DNA of 64,000 nt from Malacoraja senta (lineage: Eukaryota), in assembly GCA_038087875.1 (NCBI GenBank), contig CM075991.1, positions 2,294,001 through 2,358,000 of the forward strand, written 5' to 3'. The first letter of the stretch is position 1, and each line of letters starts with the position of its first letter. A program made the translations under genes and the position numbers. Positions 24,712 through 37,285 of this stretch are shown here, one piece after another. The notes below the pieces were generated by a model that was given only the letters and a program-made list of their open reading frames with translations, was not told the DNA's origin and did not search any database.

Positions 24712-25140
24712 TCACCCTGCACCCTGAATGTGGTGGCCTTGCACCCTGCATGAAATGGTATGAAACTGCATTTGAATGTGGTGGCCTTGCACCCTGCATG
24801 AAATGGTATGAAACTGCAATTGAATTTGTTGGCCTTCACCCTGCTTGAAATGGTATGAAACTGCACTTGAATTTGGTGGCATTGCACCCTGCTTGAAGTG
24901 GTATGAAACTGCACTTGAATTTGGTGGCCTTGCACCCTGCTTAAAGTGGTATGAAACTGCACTTGAATTTGGTGGCCTTGCACCCTGCTTAAAGTGTTAT
25001 GAAACTGCACTTGAATTTGATGGCATTGCACCCTGTTTGAAGTGGTATGAAACTGCACTTGAATTCGGTGGCCTTGCACGCTGCTTGGAGTGGTCGGAAA
25101 CTGCACTTGAATTTGGTGGCCTTGCACCCTGCTTGAAATG
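24712..25140. repeat. 48-bp minisatellite
   Basis: TGAAATGGTATGAAACTGCACTTGAATTTGGTGGCCTTGCACCCTGCT, about 9 copies. Confidence 0.95.
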
Positions 25141-25419
25141 GAATTTCAAGGAATAGCCGTGAGTCAACTGCCAGCCCACCAGCCATGAGTGAGCTGCCAG
25201 CACATCAGGCTTGAGGGACTGAGCTGCCACCCCAAGAATCCATTTGGCCCACAATGTCCATACTAGCCCTCTGGAGACCAGTCCCTCAGCCCACAACACC
25301 CGTACCAGTGCTCCAGAAAGCCCCCCCCCCCCCACTGGCCACCAATAATGGAATTGGTGGAGAAGTGGAATATTGCGTTGGGGGCCAGCCCTCCCGCGTG
25401 AACATGGGACCCAACAGCT

Positions 25420-27065
25420 GCCTCGCCAACAGTCTGTCTCATCCATTCCTTCTTTGTTGTTTATAGTATGAGTTAAATGTATGTTTTAGTGTTCTTTAGC
25501 TTGTTTTATGTTGGGGGTTGGGGGAAAACTTTTTAAATCTCTTACCTCGACGGAGATGCAATTTTTTTCCGTATCATATCTCCGTCTGCACTATGGCCTA
25601 TCATCAAGGCCTCTGCTGGAGACTGACTTCAGAAGCTCCAACTGCGGGAGCCTGCGGACTTTTATTTTTTTATTTTTTTTATTTTTATTTATTAGAAGTA
25701 CATTACATTACAACCACATACATTAATACTCGTCATTTATATCTTCTTACAATTAATGTACTCCCTTTATTTATTTTTTTACACTAGAAAAGGAAAAGAT
25801 TGCAAGAAAGAAGAAAGTGAAGGAAAAAGTGAAAGTGTAGAAAAGTGTAGAAAATGTAACAACAAAAAAGGACGAAGACCCTATAAGAGCGAAATTAAAA
25901 ACAAAAGAAAAAGAGTTAAGAAATAGGCCCTAGGAAAAAAAAGAGAGAGAGAGGAAAAAAAAAAGAAAAACAAATATTTTTTTGAGCATTACATAAATAG
26001 GACATACCAACTCTTCAACTATCATCCCCCCTTACCTGACCTCAATTTTTTTTTTTTCTTTAAGTACTTTTGCACCCTATGTTTGTAATAATTCTATAAA
26101 TGCAGACCACGTCAGGTGGAAGTGATCTGTTTTACCTGCTAGGAGGAGTCTTATCTCTTCTAGGTGTAATGTTTCAAACATATTTGAAATCCACATATTT
26201 ATAGTTGGTATTGGAGCCTTCTTCCAAAATTTTAGAATTAGCTTTTTTCCAGTTATTAACCCATAGTCCATTAATTTCTTTTGAAACACATTTAGTTCTG
26301 GATCATCTTCCGTTATTCCGAAGATAATCCATTCTGCTTTGGGTATCAGTCTTGTTTTAAATAACTTTGTAAAGATTTCAAAAATTTCATTCCAAAATTT
26401 TTGAATTTTTGTACAGAAGACGAATGAGTGCGCTATAGTAGCTTCTTGGGATTGACATTTATCACAAATAGATGATACATTTGGGAAAATTTTATGAATT
26501 TTAGTTTTCGAATAATATAATCTATAAAATTTTAAATTGTATTAAAGTGTGTCTTACATTAATCGAGCATTTATGCACGTTTAATAAGTATTCATTCCAA
26601 CTTTCCTTTGAAATTTTAATAGCTAATTCTTGTTCCCAGTCTCTTCTGATACCCTCCGTAGGTGGTATTTGTACATTTAAAATAATATTATACAAGAGCC
26701 TGCGGACTTTAACATCACAGAGCTCGCTGTCCCTGGTTAGAGACCGACTTCGGGAACTTCAAGCTGCAGGAGCTTCGACCACCCCGACGCGGGAGCTTCG
26801 ATCACCGGCTGCGAGAGCTTCGATCGCCCCGACTGCGGATGGTTCGACTGCCCTGACTGCGGGAGAATAAAGAGGGAAGAAGATTGGACTTTATTGCCTT
26901 CCATCAGAGTGAGGAATGTGGGGAATCCTCTGTGGTGGATGTTTATGTTAACTTTTATGTAGTTGTGTGTCTTATTGCTTTTCTTAGTATGGCTCTATGG
27001 TAAATCAAATATTACTGTACCTTAATTGGTACGTGTGACAATAAAAGACCTTGAACCTTGAACTT
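25420..27065 (+). mobile_element. GC-rich non-coding retroposon interrupted by an L1
   Basis: Leader like 9729-9900; hairpin CCATCAGAG..CTCTGTGGTGG at about 26901-26938; tail GTGACAATAAAAG + (ACCTTGA)n. Confidence 0.6.
25663..26695 (-). mobile_element. L1-clade LINE, 5'-truncated
   Basis: ORF2 C-terminus (QFKILYRLY..CDKC..H.FVFC..FW) ending at 26077; A-rich tail; 15-bp TSD GAGCCTGCGGACTTT (25648-25662 and 26696-26710) at a CTTT/AA site. Confidence 0.9.
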
Positions 27066-30000
27066 TAAAACCAGAGCACCTGGAGAAAACCCCTGCCGTC
27101 ACAGGGAGAACATACAAACTCTGTACAGAGAGCACCCATAGTCAAGATCAAATCTGGGTCTCTGGCACTGTGTGGCAGCAACTCTACCGCTGCACCACTG
27201 TTTATGCAATTATAAACAGGAAAGTTTGAGTTGTGGAGTTTGTTAGTGAAACGGCTTCCTGTTGAAGATAACGTTGATAAGATTCAGCCATTTAACGCTA
27301 AACCATTAAATGCATGTTTGGCCTCATAGGAATAAAGACTCAAATTACTATGAATCACAGGATGTTTTGTAGCCATGTACATTATGAGCACACCACAGGA
27401 TACAGTTGCCCCGACACCCCTGACACATAAAAGAACTGCCCAAAGAGCCATCTCAATCAACTGGCACAGTTTAGTTTTGTTACTTTCAAGATACAGCATG
27501 GAAACAGGCCCTTCGGCCCACCAAGTCTGTGCCAACCAGCGATCCCCATACACTAACACTACCCTACACACACTAAGGACAATTTACACATACACCAAGC
27601 CAATTAACCTGCAAACGTGTACGTCTTTGGAGTGTGGGAGGGAACCGACGATCTCGGAGAAAACCCACGCGGTCATGGGGAGAACGTGCAAAACTCCGTA
27701 CAGACAGCACCCGTGGTAGGGATTGAACCGTGGTAGAGTCTCCACTGCTGCAAGCGCAGTAAGGCAGCAATTCTACTGCTGCGCCACCATGCCTTAATTA
27801 ATAGGCGCCCATGAAAGATCATTATGTTGTCACTGAATTGATGAACGCTGACAACACTGACATTATATTTCCCTCTTTACCAACAGCAATAACACAGAAG
27901 GCCACGTTAAATTAAAATTCATAAACATTTCAATTATAAAAAGACAAGCACAAATATTTATTAATTCAGAGTGAAAGCAGAGGTATCAATCTCTCAAAAT
28001 GCAACAGGGACTTCAAATAGATGCATAGCTTCAGGACACACAATAGTGTTTCTGTCATCTTCAGCAATCCCTTCAGGTAAAGTCTGGCCTGTTTCCACTG
28101 ATATTCAGTGGATTCTGAGATGACTGATGAGGCCAACATTTGTCCCACAAGTTCTACCACTGATGGGATGAGTGAGTGGGTAGTTCTATCGGCTTCTGAC
28201 AAGCAGGGGCAGCATGGTGGTGCAGCGGTAGATTAGCTGCCTCACGGCGCCAGAGACCTGGGTTCGATCCAGATGATCCAGTACGGAGTGCTTGTTTCCG
28301 CTCTACATAAACTAAGTTAAACAAAACTAAAGGTAGACACAAAGTGCTGGAGTAACTCAGCGGAACAGGCAGCATCTCTGGAGAGAAGGAATGGATGACG
28401 TTTCAGGTCGAGACCTTTCTTCAGACCTTCAGCCTGAAGAAGGGTCTCGACCTGAAATGTCAAAGAAGGGTCTCGACCCGAAACGTCGCCCATTCCTTCT
28501 CTCCAGAGATGCTGCCTGTCCCGCAGAGTTACTCCAGCATTTTGTGTCTGCCTTCGATTTAAACCAACATCTGCAGTTCTTTCCGAAACTAAACGAAGCT
28601 TTGACTTGGGATTTTCAGTATCCTCCTGAATCTTGCGTTCGCACTTTGATCAAGGAGTCACATTTGCCATTTTCCAACATAGAGTGACCTTATCTGAATC
28701 TGGGGAATATTTGAAAATTAAAACTGACACATTAATTATCTCACAGCCTTCCTCAAGTTCAGAATTTGAAATCCGCCAGGATACAGACTTGTCAGCCCTC
28801 AACCCTGACAATTCGCTTAGTACCACTTCTCTAATAATTGAAATTCCCCTGCTTTCCTCCCTCTTCATTCTTGATTGAGAGCTACTATTGGGATGTTGAT
28901 TGTACTCTCTGCAGCAAAGATTGATGCAAAATACCTGATTAATTCATCTCCCTTGTTTCCTTGGCCATGGGCCTGGGGGAATGCTGCAATTTTTACCGTA
29001 CACTTTGAGAACTTTGACTTTTATTTCTGATAGTCTCTTCCGGCCATGTATCAGCTAATTACTGCAGCTATTTCATAGCATTCTCACGTCTAAATTAAGA
29101 ACTCAGGTAAACAGGAGCAGTAGAAAATCAGACTCTTCAAACCTGCCGCACAATTTACTATGTGTAGGAAGGAAATGCAGATGCTGGTTTAAACCGAAGA
29201 TGGACATAAAATGCTGGAGTAACTCAGCGGGACAGGCAGCATCTATGGAGGGAAGGAATGGGTGACAGTTCGGGTCGAGATGTCCGAGGAAGGGTCTCGA
29301 CCCCAAACGTTACCCATTCCTTCTCTCCAGAGATGCTGCCTGTCCCGCACAATTTAACATGATCATGGCTGATGCTGGCCTTTACTTCTCTTCTGTAGCA
29401 TTTCTCCACACTCCTCCATTCCGTAATTGAATTGATTGAATAAGATGCAGCGTGGAAACAGACACGTCAGCCCACCGAGTCCATGCTCACCTGTTCACAC
29501 TAGCACTTAGCGTAGAAATACAACGCGGACACAGGCTCTTCAGATCGCAAAGTCCATGCTGACCATCAATCACCCGCTCACACTAATTCTATCCTCATCC
29601 ACACTTTCTCATCCATCCCTGCACACTAGGGGCAATAAACCTACAAACCCTTTGGGATGTGAGATGAAACTGGAGCACCCGGAGGAAACCCACAAGGGGT
29701 CACAGGGAGAGCGTGCAAACTCCACACATACAATCCCCAAAGTCAGGACTGAACCAGGGTCTCTGGCATTGTGAGGCAGCAGATCTAGCAGCCACGCCAC
29801 ATCAATCACCCATCTACATTACAGTAATCTTACATTTTATTCTCGCCACATTCTCATCCAACCCTCTCCCACTCCCACTGGAGCCAATTATCCTACCGAC
29901 TCGCACGTCTTTGGGATGCGGGAGGAAACCGGAGCACCCGGAGGAAACCCACACGGAGTCACAGGGGGAGCGTGCAAACTCCACACAGACAGCAGCCGAG

Positions 30001-30959
30001 GTCAGGATCGACCAGGGTCTCCAGCGCTGTGAGGCAGCAGCTCTACCAGCTGTCAAATATTTATCCGCTTCCACTTTAAATATTTCTGAGTCAAAGGTCA
30101 CAATCCGTGGCCTCTGCAACTTATAACACCAATAACCAACAGCATTCAAAACCTGGTTAGTGCTTCATTTGATTGTGATTTGTAAGATTTGAAATTGCAC
30201 AGAATGATGAGGATATCTACAAAATGCCACTGCCCCCATCCCTCTCTCCCTCATGCCTGACCTGGATGCACCCATTTCTCCCCTCCCCCTCCCCTTACAC
30301 CTATATTGCTTTCCTCCAGCTTCACAATTTGCAACTCTTCAACCGTATTGTCTCACACCTTCTGAACTTTCATCTCTGGCCTTTGTCCAGCCATCTGCCG
30401 ATCAAAAAACTCTCTACACCAATGTTCACCTATTACCTGTGTAAGAAGGAACTGCAGATGCTGGTTTACACCGGAAATAGGCACAAAATGCTGGAGTAAC
30501 TCGGCAGGTCAGGCAGCATCTCTGGAGAAAAGGAATAGGTGACGTTTCGGGTTGAGCCACTTCATCAGACCATATGATCAGACCTTCTGATGAAGGGTGT
30601 AGGATGGAATGCAGATGCTGGTTTAAACCAAAGATAGACACAGAAAGCTGGAGTAACTCAGTGGGACAGGCAGCATCTGTGGAGATAAGGAATGGGTGAA
30701 GTTTCAAGCCCGAAACGTCACCTATCCATGTCCTCCAGAGATGCTGCCGGTCCCACTGAGTTACTCCAGCACTTTGTGTCGTACCGTGGAAGGACGCCTT
30801 GTTTTTCATGTTCTTTGAGATGTTCCTCCTGGGAGATTCTGGTCTGTGTTGCATATGAAGGAAATGATTTGCATTTGAAAAGCATGCTGTGCAGCCTCAG
30901 GATGTTCCTCCAGTACACTTTGTTTTGTTTGTACACCTCATATTTTGCTTGGGTAGTTT

Positions 30960-31196
30960 ACACCCCAGCGGTATGAACATTGACTTCTCCAATTTCAGGT
31001 AGTCCTTACTTTCTCCCTCCTTCCCTCCCCTTCCTAGCTCTCCCACAGCCTACTGTCTCCGCCTCTTCCTTTCATCTTCCCGCCTCCCCACCCCCACATC
31101 AGTCTGAAGAAGGGTCTCGACCCGAAACGTCTCCTATTCCTTTGCTCCATAGATGCTGCCTCACCCGCTGAGTTTCTCCAGCATTTTTGTCTACCT
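30960..31196 (+). mobile_element. Penelope-like 3' fragment with hammerhead core
   Basis: PSGMNIDFSNFR* then CTGAAGA-AGGGTCTCGACCC-GAAACGTC at 31104-31131. Confidence 0.75.
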
Positions 31197-31488
31197 GTGT
31201 TTTGTACAGTTAATTTAAGTCTGTTGAAGTACTGTTAATGTGGACAAACATGGCAGAGGAAGATCTCCTCAAAGGCCATGAGAAAGATGTGGAAAAACTT
31301 GCCCCTCGGACTTGATCTCCCTTAGATTTTGCCCTTCTCAATTTCAGATGTGGATAGATGACATTTTATTCCTGCCACTTTGCACCATCTCCTCCTCTCC
31401 TCCAGCTTTCACCCCCTACTGTCTGTCCCAACTCGATATGTCACCTGCCCATGTTCTCCACAGATGCTGCCTGACCAGCTGAGGTACT

Positions 31489-32045
31489 CCACTTGGATGA
31501 CCTAATCCACGAGTTTAGAAGACCCTAGACGAGTTGAAAAAAATGTCAAGGTCGTGTTGACTCGCCGAAGTAAAAGACCTCCTACGACTATGTCTACGAC
31601 CTCCCACGAATATGTCTACGACCTCCTACGACCCCCTCAACCTCAGTCTTCCACACCTAAGACCAACTACGACTAGCTACGAGTAGAACATGATCACATG
31701 ATAAAATGATGTCATGTTTGCATTTTTTTCTCGGGCCAGTTACCGACCTACAACTACCTACCTACGACTATCTACGGCTACCATCACGGCCTACTACGAC
31801 CTACCTATGAGTAAAAAGTATCAATTTTTTCCATTCCGACCTTTTTTTTACCCGTGGACATTTTTTATCAGGCTGGAAAAAACACCGCGGCCTACTTGAG
31901 GCCACGAGTACGCGGAGACCACTCACGAGCATGACGAAGAGTTACGAAGACCTCCTACGACCTCGTGGCGACCATGTTGCGAGTATGAGTAAAGGGCAAA
32001 CTTGGCAGAGGTCGCCAATTAGGTTGTGAAAGTGGGACAGGGGCT
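31489..32045. mobile_element. Second copy of the Harbinger-type element, left TIR truncated
   Basis: Colinear with 15422-15982; ends AAGTGGGACAGGGGCT|TAA. Confidence 0.8.
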
Positions 32046-32274
32046 TAACTAATACCTAGCTGATAGACCGATGTTCTTCCTGATTCTGCTGAACACTGGT
32101 GCAGTTTCATATCCAAAATTCATACGTTTATGAGTGTATTACCGGTTTGTATCGTGCTTGTCTTTAGTGCCACTTTCAAATTATCTCGGCCATTATGTAC
32201 ATGTGGCCAGATCTGCCAACATGTTGCCAACAACCTCATCTACATCTGCCACCACTTGCCGGCTTATTGACTTA

Positions 32275-33640
32275 ATAACCATATAACCATATAACCATTA
32301 CAGCACGGAAACAGGCCATGTCGGCCCTTCAAGTCCGTGCCGAACACTTTTTTTTTCTTTTTCTTAATTTATTTATTTATTTTTCCTACTTTCTTCCCCC
32401 CTAGTCCCATCTACCTGGACTCAGACCATAACCCTCCATTTCTTTCCCGTCCATATACCCATCCAATCTATTTTTAAAGGATAAAATCGAACCTGCCTCC
32501 ACCACTTCCACTGGAAGCTCATTCCACACAGCTACCGCTCTCTGAGTAAAGAAGTCCCCCCTAATGTTACTGCTAAACTTCTGTCTCTTAACTCTCAAGT
32601 CATGTCCCCTTGTTTGAATCTTCCCTACTCTCAATGGGAAAAGCTTATCCACATCAACTCTGTCTAACCCGCTCATCATTTTAAAGACATCTATCAAGTC
32701 CCCCCTTAACCTTCTGCGCTCCAAAGAATAAAGACCTAACTTGTTCAACCTTTCTCTGTAACTTAGTTGCTGAAACCCAGGCAACATTCTAGTAAATCTC
32801 CTCTGTACTCTCTCTATTTTGTTGACATCCTTCCTATAATTAGGCGACCAAAATTGTACTCCATACTCCAGAATTGGCCTCACCAATGCCTTGTACAATT
32901 TTAACATTACATCCCAACTTCTATATTCAATGCTCTGATTTATAAAGGCCACCAAAAGCTTTCTTTACCACCCTATCTACATGAGATTCCACCTTCACGG
33001 AACTATGCACAGTTATTCCTAGATCCCTCTGTTCAACTGCATTCCTCAATTCGCTACCATTTACCATGTACGTCCTATTTTGATTTGTCCTGCCAAGATG
33101 TAGTACCTCACATTTATCAGCATTAAACTCCATCTGCCATCTTTCAGCCCACTCTTCCAAATGGCCTAAATCTCTCTGTAGACTTTGAAAATCTACTTCA
33201 TTATCCACAACACCACCTATCTTAGTGTCATCTGCATACTTACTAATCCAATTTTCCACACCATCATCCAGATCATTGATGTACATGACAAACAATAGTG
33301 GACCCAACACAGACCCCTAAGGCACCCCACTAGTCACCGGCCTCCAACCTGACAAACAGCCATCCACCATTACTCTCTGGCATCTCCCATTCAGCCACTG
33401 TTGAATCCATCTTGCTACTCCACCATTAATACCCAACAATTGAATCTTCTTAACCAACCTTCCATGAGGAACCTTGTCAAAGGCCTTACTGAAGTCCATA
33501 TAGACAACATCCACTGCTTTACCCTCATCAATTTCCATAGTAACTTCTTCAAAAAATTCAAGAAGATTAGTCAAACATGACCTCCCAGGCACAAATCCAT
33601 GTTGACTGTTCCTAATCAGACCCTGCTTATCCAGATGCTT
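32275..33640 (-). pseudogene. CR1 LINE, 5'-truncated, RT domain to tail, disrupted
   Basis: GRSCLTNLLEFF, YMDFSKAFDKVPH, SGVP*GS (in-frame stop), YADDTK, FFTQRAVAVWNELP; (TATATGGT)n-type tail. Confidence 0.92.
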
Positions 33641-34417
33641 ACTCCAGCAAAGTCACGCCCTGTGCTGGAGTGCAGAACATTCCGGAAATGTTTGTGGTGC
33701 CATGTTGAACTCTCCATATGGAGTTTACCGCTACGTGGCAGCGGCTCGTGGCACAGTGGCGCAGCGGTAGAGTTGCTGCCTCACAGCGCCAGAGACCCAG
33801 GTTTGATCCTGACTACAGGTGCTGTCTGTACGGTGTTTGTACATTCTCCCCGTGACCTGCGCAGGTTTTCTCAGGGATCTCCGGTTTCCTCCCACACTTC
33901 AAAGACGTACAGGATTGTAGGTTAATTGTCTTGGTATAAATGTAAATTGTCCTTAGTGTGTGTAGGATAGTGTTAGTGTGCGGGGATCGCTGGTCGGCGC
34001 GGACCCGGTGGACCAAAGGGCCTGTTTCTGCACTGTATCTCTAAACTAAACAGACTTAAGGCCCTGTCCCACTTACGTGTCCTCAGCATGCAAATTACGC
34101 GACCTCGTCGTCGCGTTGAGGCGCACGGGCATCGTGTGGCCGCGCGGGGCCGGTCCCACTGAGAAGCGCGGAGGGGTATGGAGTTGTGCGCGGTATCGTG
34201 CGGCGCTCTGAAATTTTGTACCGAACGAAATCTTCGCGCGCCAACGGCCTGTCGCGTAACTGACGGCCAAAGTGGGACAGGCCCAAGACCTGGCGCGACG
34301 CAACATCTCACCTGCAACAGCAGCAGAAACAGGCAAACGATCGCCGAACTCGGCCTGGGGCTCACGGCCGTTGCGGTCCGGATCCGCCCCCACTTCTACT
34401 CCCAGAGTGGGGCCAAG

Positions 34418-34767
34418 GGGAGGAGGGGGTCTCCCTGTCGGACTGCTCCTGGGCCTGGCCAAGATGGCCATTCGCGGGTCCAGGCAGCGGGCGGTCGATG
34501 GCCGCACAGCGGTTGGCTGCCTGCCCCTTTTCCGGGGTTACGTCCGTGCCCGCGTGTCCCTAGAGAGGGAACACGCGGTGTCCACGGGGACTGTGGAGGC
34601 CTTCTGTGAACGCTGGTCACCGCAGGAGGTTGAATATATTATAGATAAAAATGTTAATATTTTAATTTGATAATTATGTGTAAATGGTTTTTAAAATTGT
34701 GTGAGCTTTCTACCCTTCCTTGTAAATTGTACATTTGTTTAAAAATCTAATAAAAAAACATTTACGG

Positions 34768-34798
<31 letters not shown>

Positions 34799-35159
34799 TG
34801 GGGCCAAGGGGAGGAGGGGGTCTCCCTGTCGGACTGCTCCTGGGCCTGGCCAAGATGGCCATTCGCGGGTCCAGGCAGCGGGCGGTTGATGGCCGCACAG
34901 CGGTCGGTTGCCTGCCCCTTTTCCGGGGTTACGTCCGTGCCCGCGTGTCCCTAGAGAGGGAACACGCGGTGTCCACGGGGACTGTGGAGGCCTTCTGTGA
35001 ACGCTGGTCACCGCAGGAGGTTGAATATATTATAGATAAAAATGTTAATATTTTAATTTGATAGTTTTGTGTAAATGTTTTTTAAATTGTGTGAGCTTTT
35101 TACCCTTCCTTGTAAATTGTACATTTGTTTAAAAATCTAATTAAAAAAAAATTACGGAA

Positions 35160-35194
<35 letters not shown>

Positions 35195-35199
35195 ATAAA
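34418..35199 (+). mobile_element. Two head-to-tail Tx1-clade LINE 3' ends
   Basis: Each copy encodes GLLLGLAKMAIRGSRQRAV..F.ERW..ILI* with an A-tail; AGAGTGGGGCCAAG at 34404, 34795 and 35200. Confidence 0.75.
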
Positions 35200-35216
35200 A
35201 GAGTGGGGCCAAGAAA

Positions 35217-35415
35217 ATTGAAGATAGACACAAAATGCTGGAGTAACTCAGCGGGACCGACAGTATCTCTGGAGAGAAGGAATGCGTGACGTTTCGGGTC
35301 AAGACCTTTCTTTCAGACTGAAGAAGAGTCTCGACCCGAAACATCACACATTCCTTCTCTCCAGAGATGCTGCTGGTCCCGCTGAGTTACTCCAGCAATT
35401 TGTGTCCATCTTCAA
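35217..35415. mobile_element. Fold-back Penelope pLTR-derived insert
   Basis: About 100-bp inverted arms meeting at TTCAGACTGAA; a degenerate hammerhead core on each strand. Confidence 0.75.
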
Positions 35416-36829
35416 ATGAAGTCACACGCTCCAGACGGCTGTGCGGGTGCATGAACTCACGCGCGACCTTCGCGGGACCGTCGCGCGTCAACGCTACCAC
35501 GAGGTCGCGTAATTAGGATACTTGGGGAGAACGTACAAACTCCATACAGACAGTTTAGATCGAACACAAGTCTCTGACGCTGTGAGGCAGCAACTCTGCC
35601 GCTGCGCCACCGTGCTGCTCTTGAGGTGAGAGGGGCAAAGTTTAAAGGAGATGTGCGGGGCAACTTTTTCTACAACGAGGGTGGTGAATGGCTGGAATGT
35701 GCTGCCAAGGCTGGTAGTGGAAGCCGATATGATAGTGGCATTTAAGAGGCTTTGAGATAGGCACATGGTGATACAGGGAATAGAGCGGCCTGGACCATGT
35801 GCAGGCAGAGGACATTAGTTTACCTTTGCAACACATTTGGAGCAGATATTGTGGATAAGGACCTGTCCTGCACTATGTTCCATGAGTAAGCAAGCTGCTC
35901 CCTCTGGTCTGCTCATCATTAGGATCCTGGCTGATCTTTCCCAGGCTTCAATTATTTATCCATGCCGCTTGCACAGCCATCGATACCCCTCTCGTTCAAT
36001 AAATTATATACATCATCTTGGAATGTTTCCAATGAAGTGCTGAGGTAGGAAATTACCCTGGATCTTCTGATGGGCTGCAGATTTGGGCAGCAGGTAGAGC
36101 TGCTGTCTCACAGCGCCAGGCACCCGGGTTCCATCCTGACCTCGGGTGCTGTCTGTGTGGAGTTCACACGTTCTCCCTGTGACCATGTGGGTTTCGCTCC
36201 GAGTGTTCCAGTTTCCTCCCACGTCCCAAACATATGTGTCTGATGAAGTCCGAAGAAGGGTCCCGACCTGATACATCACCTATCCTTTTCCTCCAGAGAA
36301 GCTGCCTGATCCGCTGAGTTACTCAGACACTTTGTGAATAAATCCGAAGTAAATCGGAAGATGTGCTAAGCTTACTGAGAATGAAACATTTATTTATTCT
36401 GATATTGTACACAGCCCATGATAGATCTCAACTCTGTAATAAAGCTCTCCACAGAAATAACGTGCCGGTCTTTTGTTCTGCACAGTAAGTGACATTACAA
36501 TAAATTTTCTGTACCACTGAACGGCTTTTGAAAAATGGAAGCTAGGTTTTCTTCAAAGAATAATACCTGGTGTCAAAGGTGTGCCTGCAGGTAGTATTTC
36601 CAGTCTAAGACAGCGAGCCATGGTGAAAATGGAAATTCAGACGCATTCGGGTCATCCAGGCAATGTTTCAAGTCAAGTTTATTTGTCACATACGCATACA
36701 AGATGTGCAGTGAAATGAAAAGTGGCAATGCCTGCGGATTGTGCAAAAAATAAAAATTAAAAAATAAATAAAAATGAGAAATATGGGGTTTAGGTTTATT
36801 ATGATCAGCCAGGTCCAAATGGCCTTCGA

Positions 36830-37285
36830 GCCTATTGTCTATTGTCAAACTCAAGTACAATAGGTAGAGCAAAGGGGAAGATACAGAATGCAGAATATAG
36901 TTCTCAGCATTGTAGCACACCAGTTCCAGAGACAAAGTCCAATGTCCGCAATGGGGTAGAGATGAATCGGACAGCAGCCTAGCTTATGGAAGGACCATTC
37001 GGAAGACTGATAATGGAAGGGAAAAAGCTGTTCTTGATTTTGACAGACCCGTTTTCAAGCTTCTGTACCTTCGTCCGGATGAGAGCAAGGGGGAAGAAGG
37101 AATGTGCGGGCTAGGACAAGTCTTTGATGATGTTGGGTGTTTTTCCGAGGCATTGTGAAGTGTAGATGGAGTCAATGGTGGGGAGCATGGTCTGTGTGAT
37201 GGACCGGGCTGCATCCACAAACATCTGCAACGTCTTAGCGTATTGGGCAGAGCTATTGCCAAACCAAGCTGTGCTGCAACCTGCC
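36830..37285 (-). mobile_element. Rex1/Babar LINE 3' fragment
   Basis: SGRRYRSLK motif and similarity to 7485-7760. Confidence 0.7.

Larger units (their letters stand above)
23752..25414 (+). mobile_element. Non-autonomous Helitron-like element, 3' end lost
   Basis: Starts A|TCTATATTACTAAAAG..TCTTGACCACTTCCTG like 48239. The distal part matches the minus-strand element at 63446+, which has a Helitron-type hairpin end. Internal duplication 23820-24100 vs 24390-24670. Confidence 0.7.
34059..35523. mobile_element. Harbinger-type non-autonomous element (CpG-rich), interrupted, right TIR missing
   Basis: TTA|AGGCCCTGTCCCACTT left TIR shared with 15422; subterminal inverted repeat 34093-34119 vs 35488-35514; an extra TIR-like copy at 34270-34284. 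Confidence 0.65.

Noticed and set aside
24712..25140. CRISPR-like array or repeat-protein gene (also 38712-39088, 63767-63910)
   Set aside because: Units are contiguous tandem repeats with no unique spacers and no cas genes, in a eukaryotic transposon context.
27966..28202. 78-aa ORF or possible exon
   Set aside because: No motif or homology recognised; open frames of this length arise by chance.
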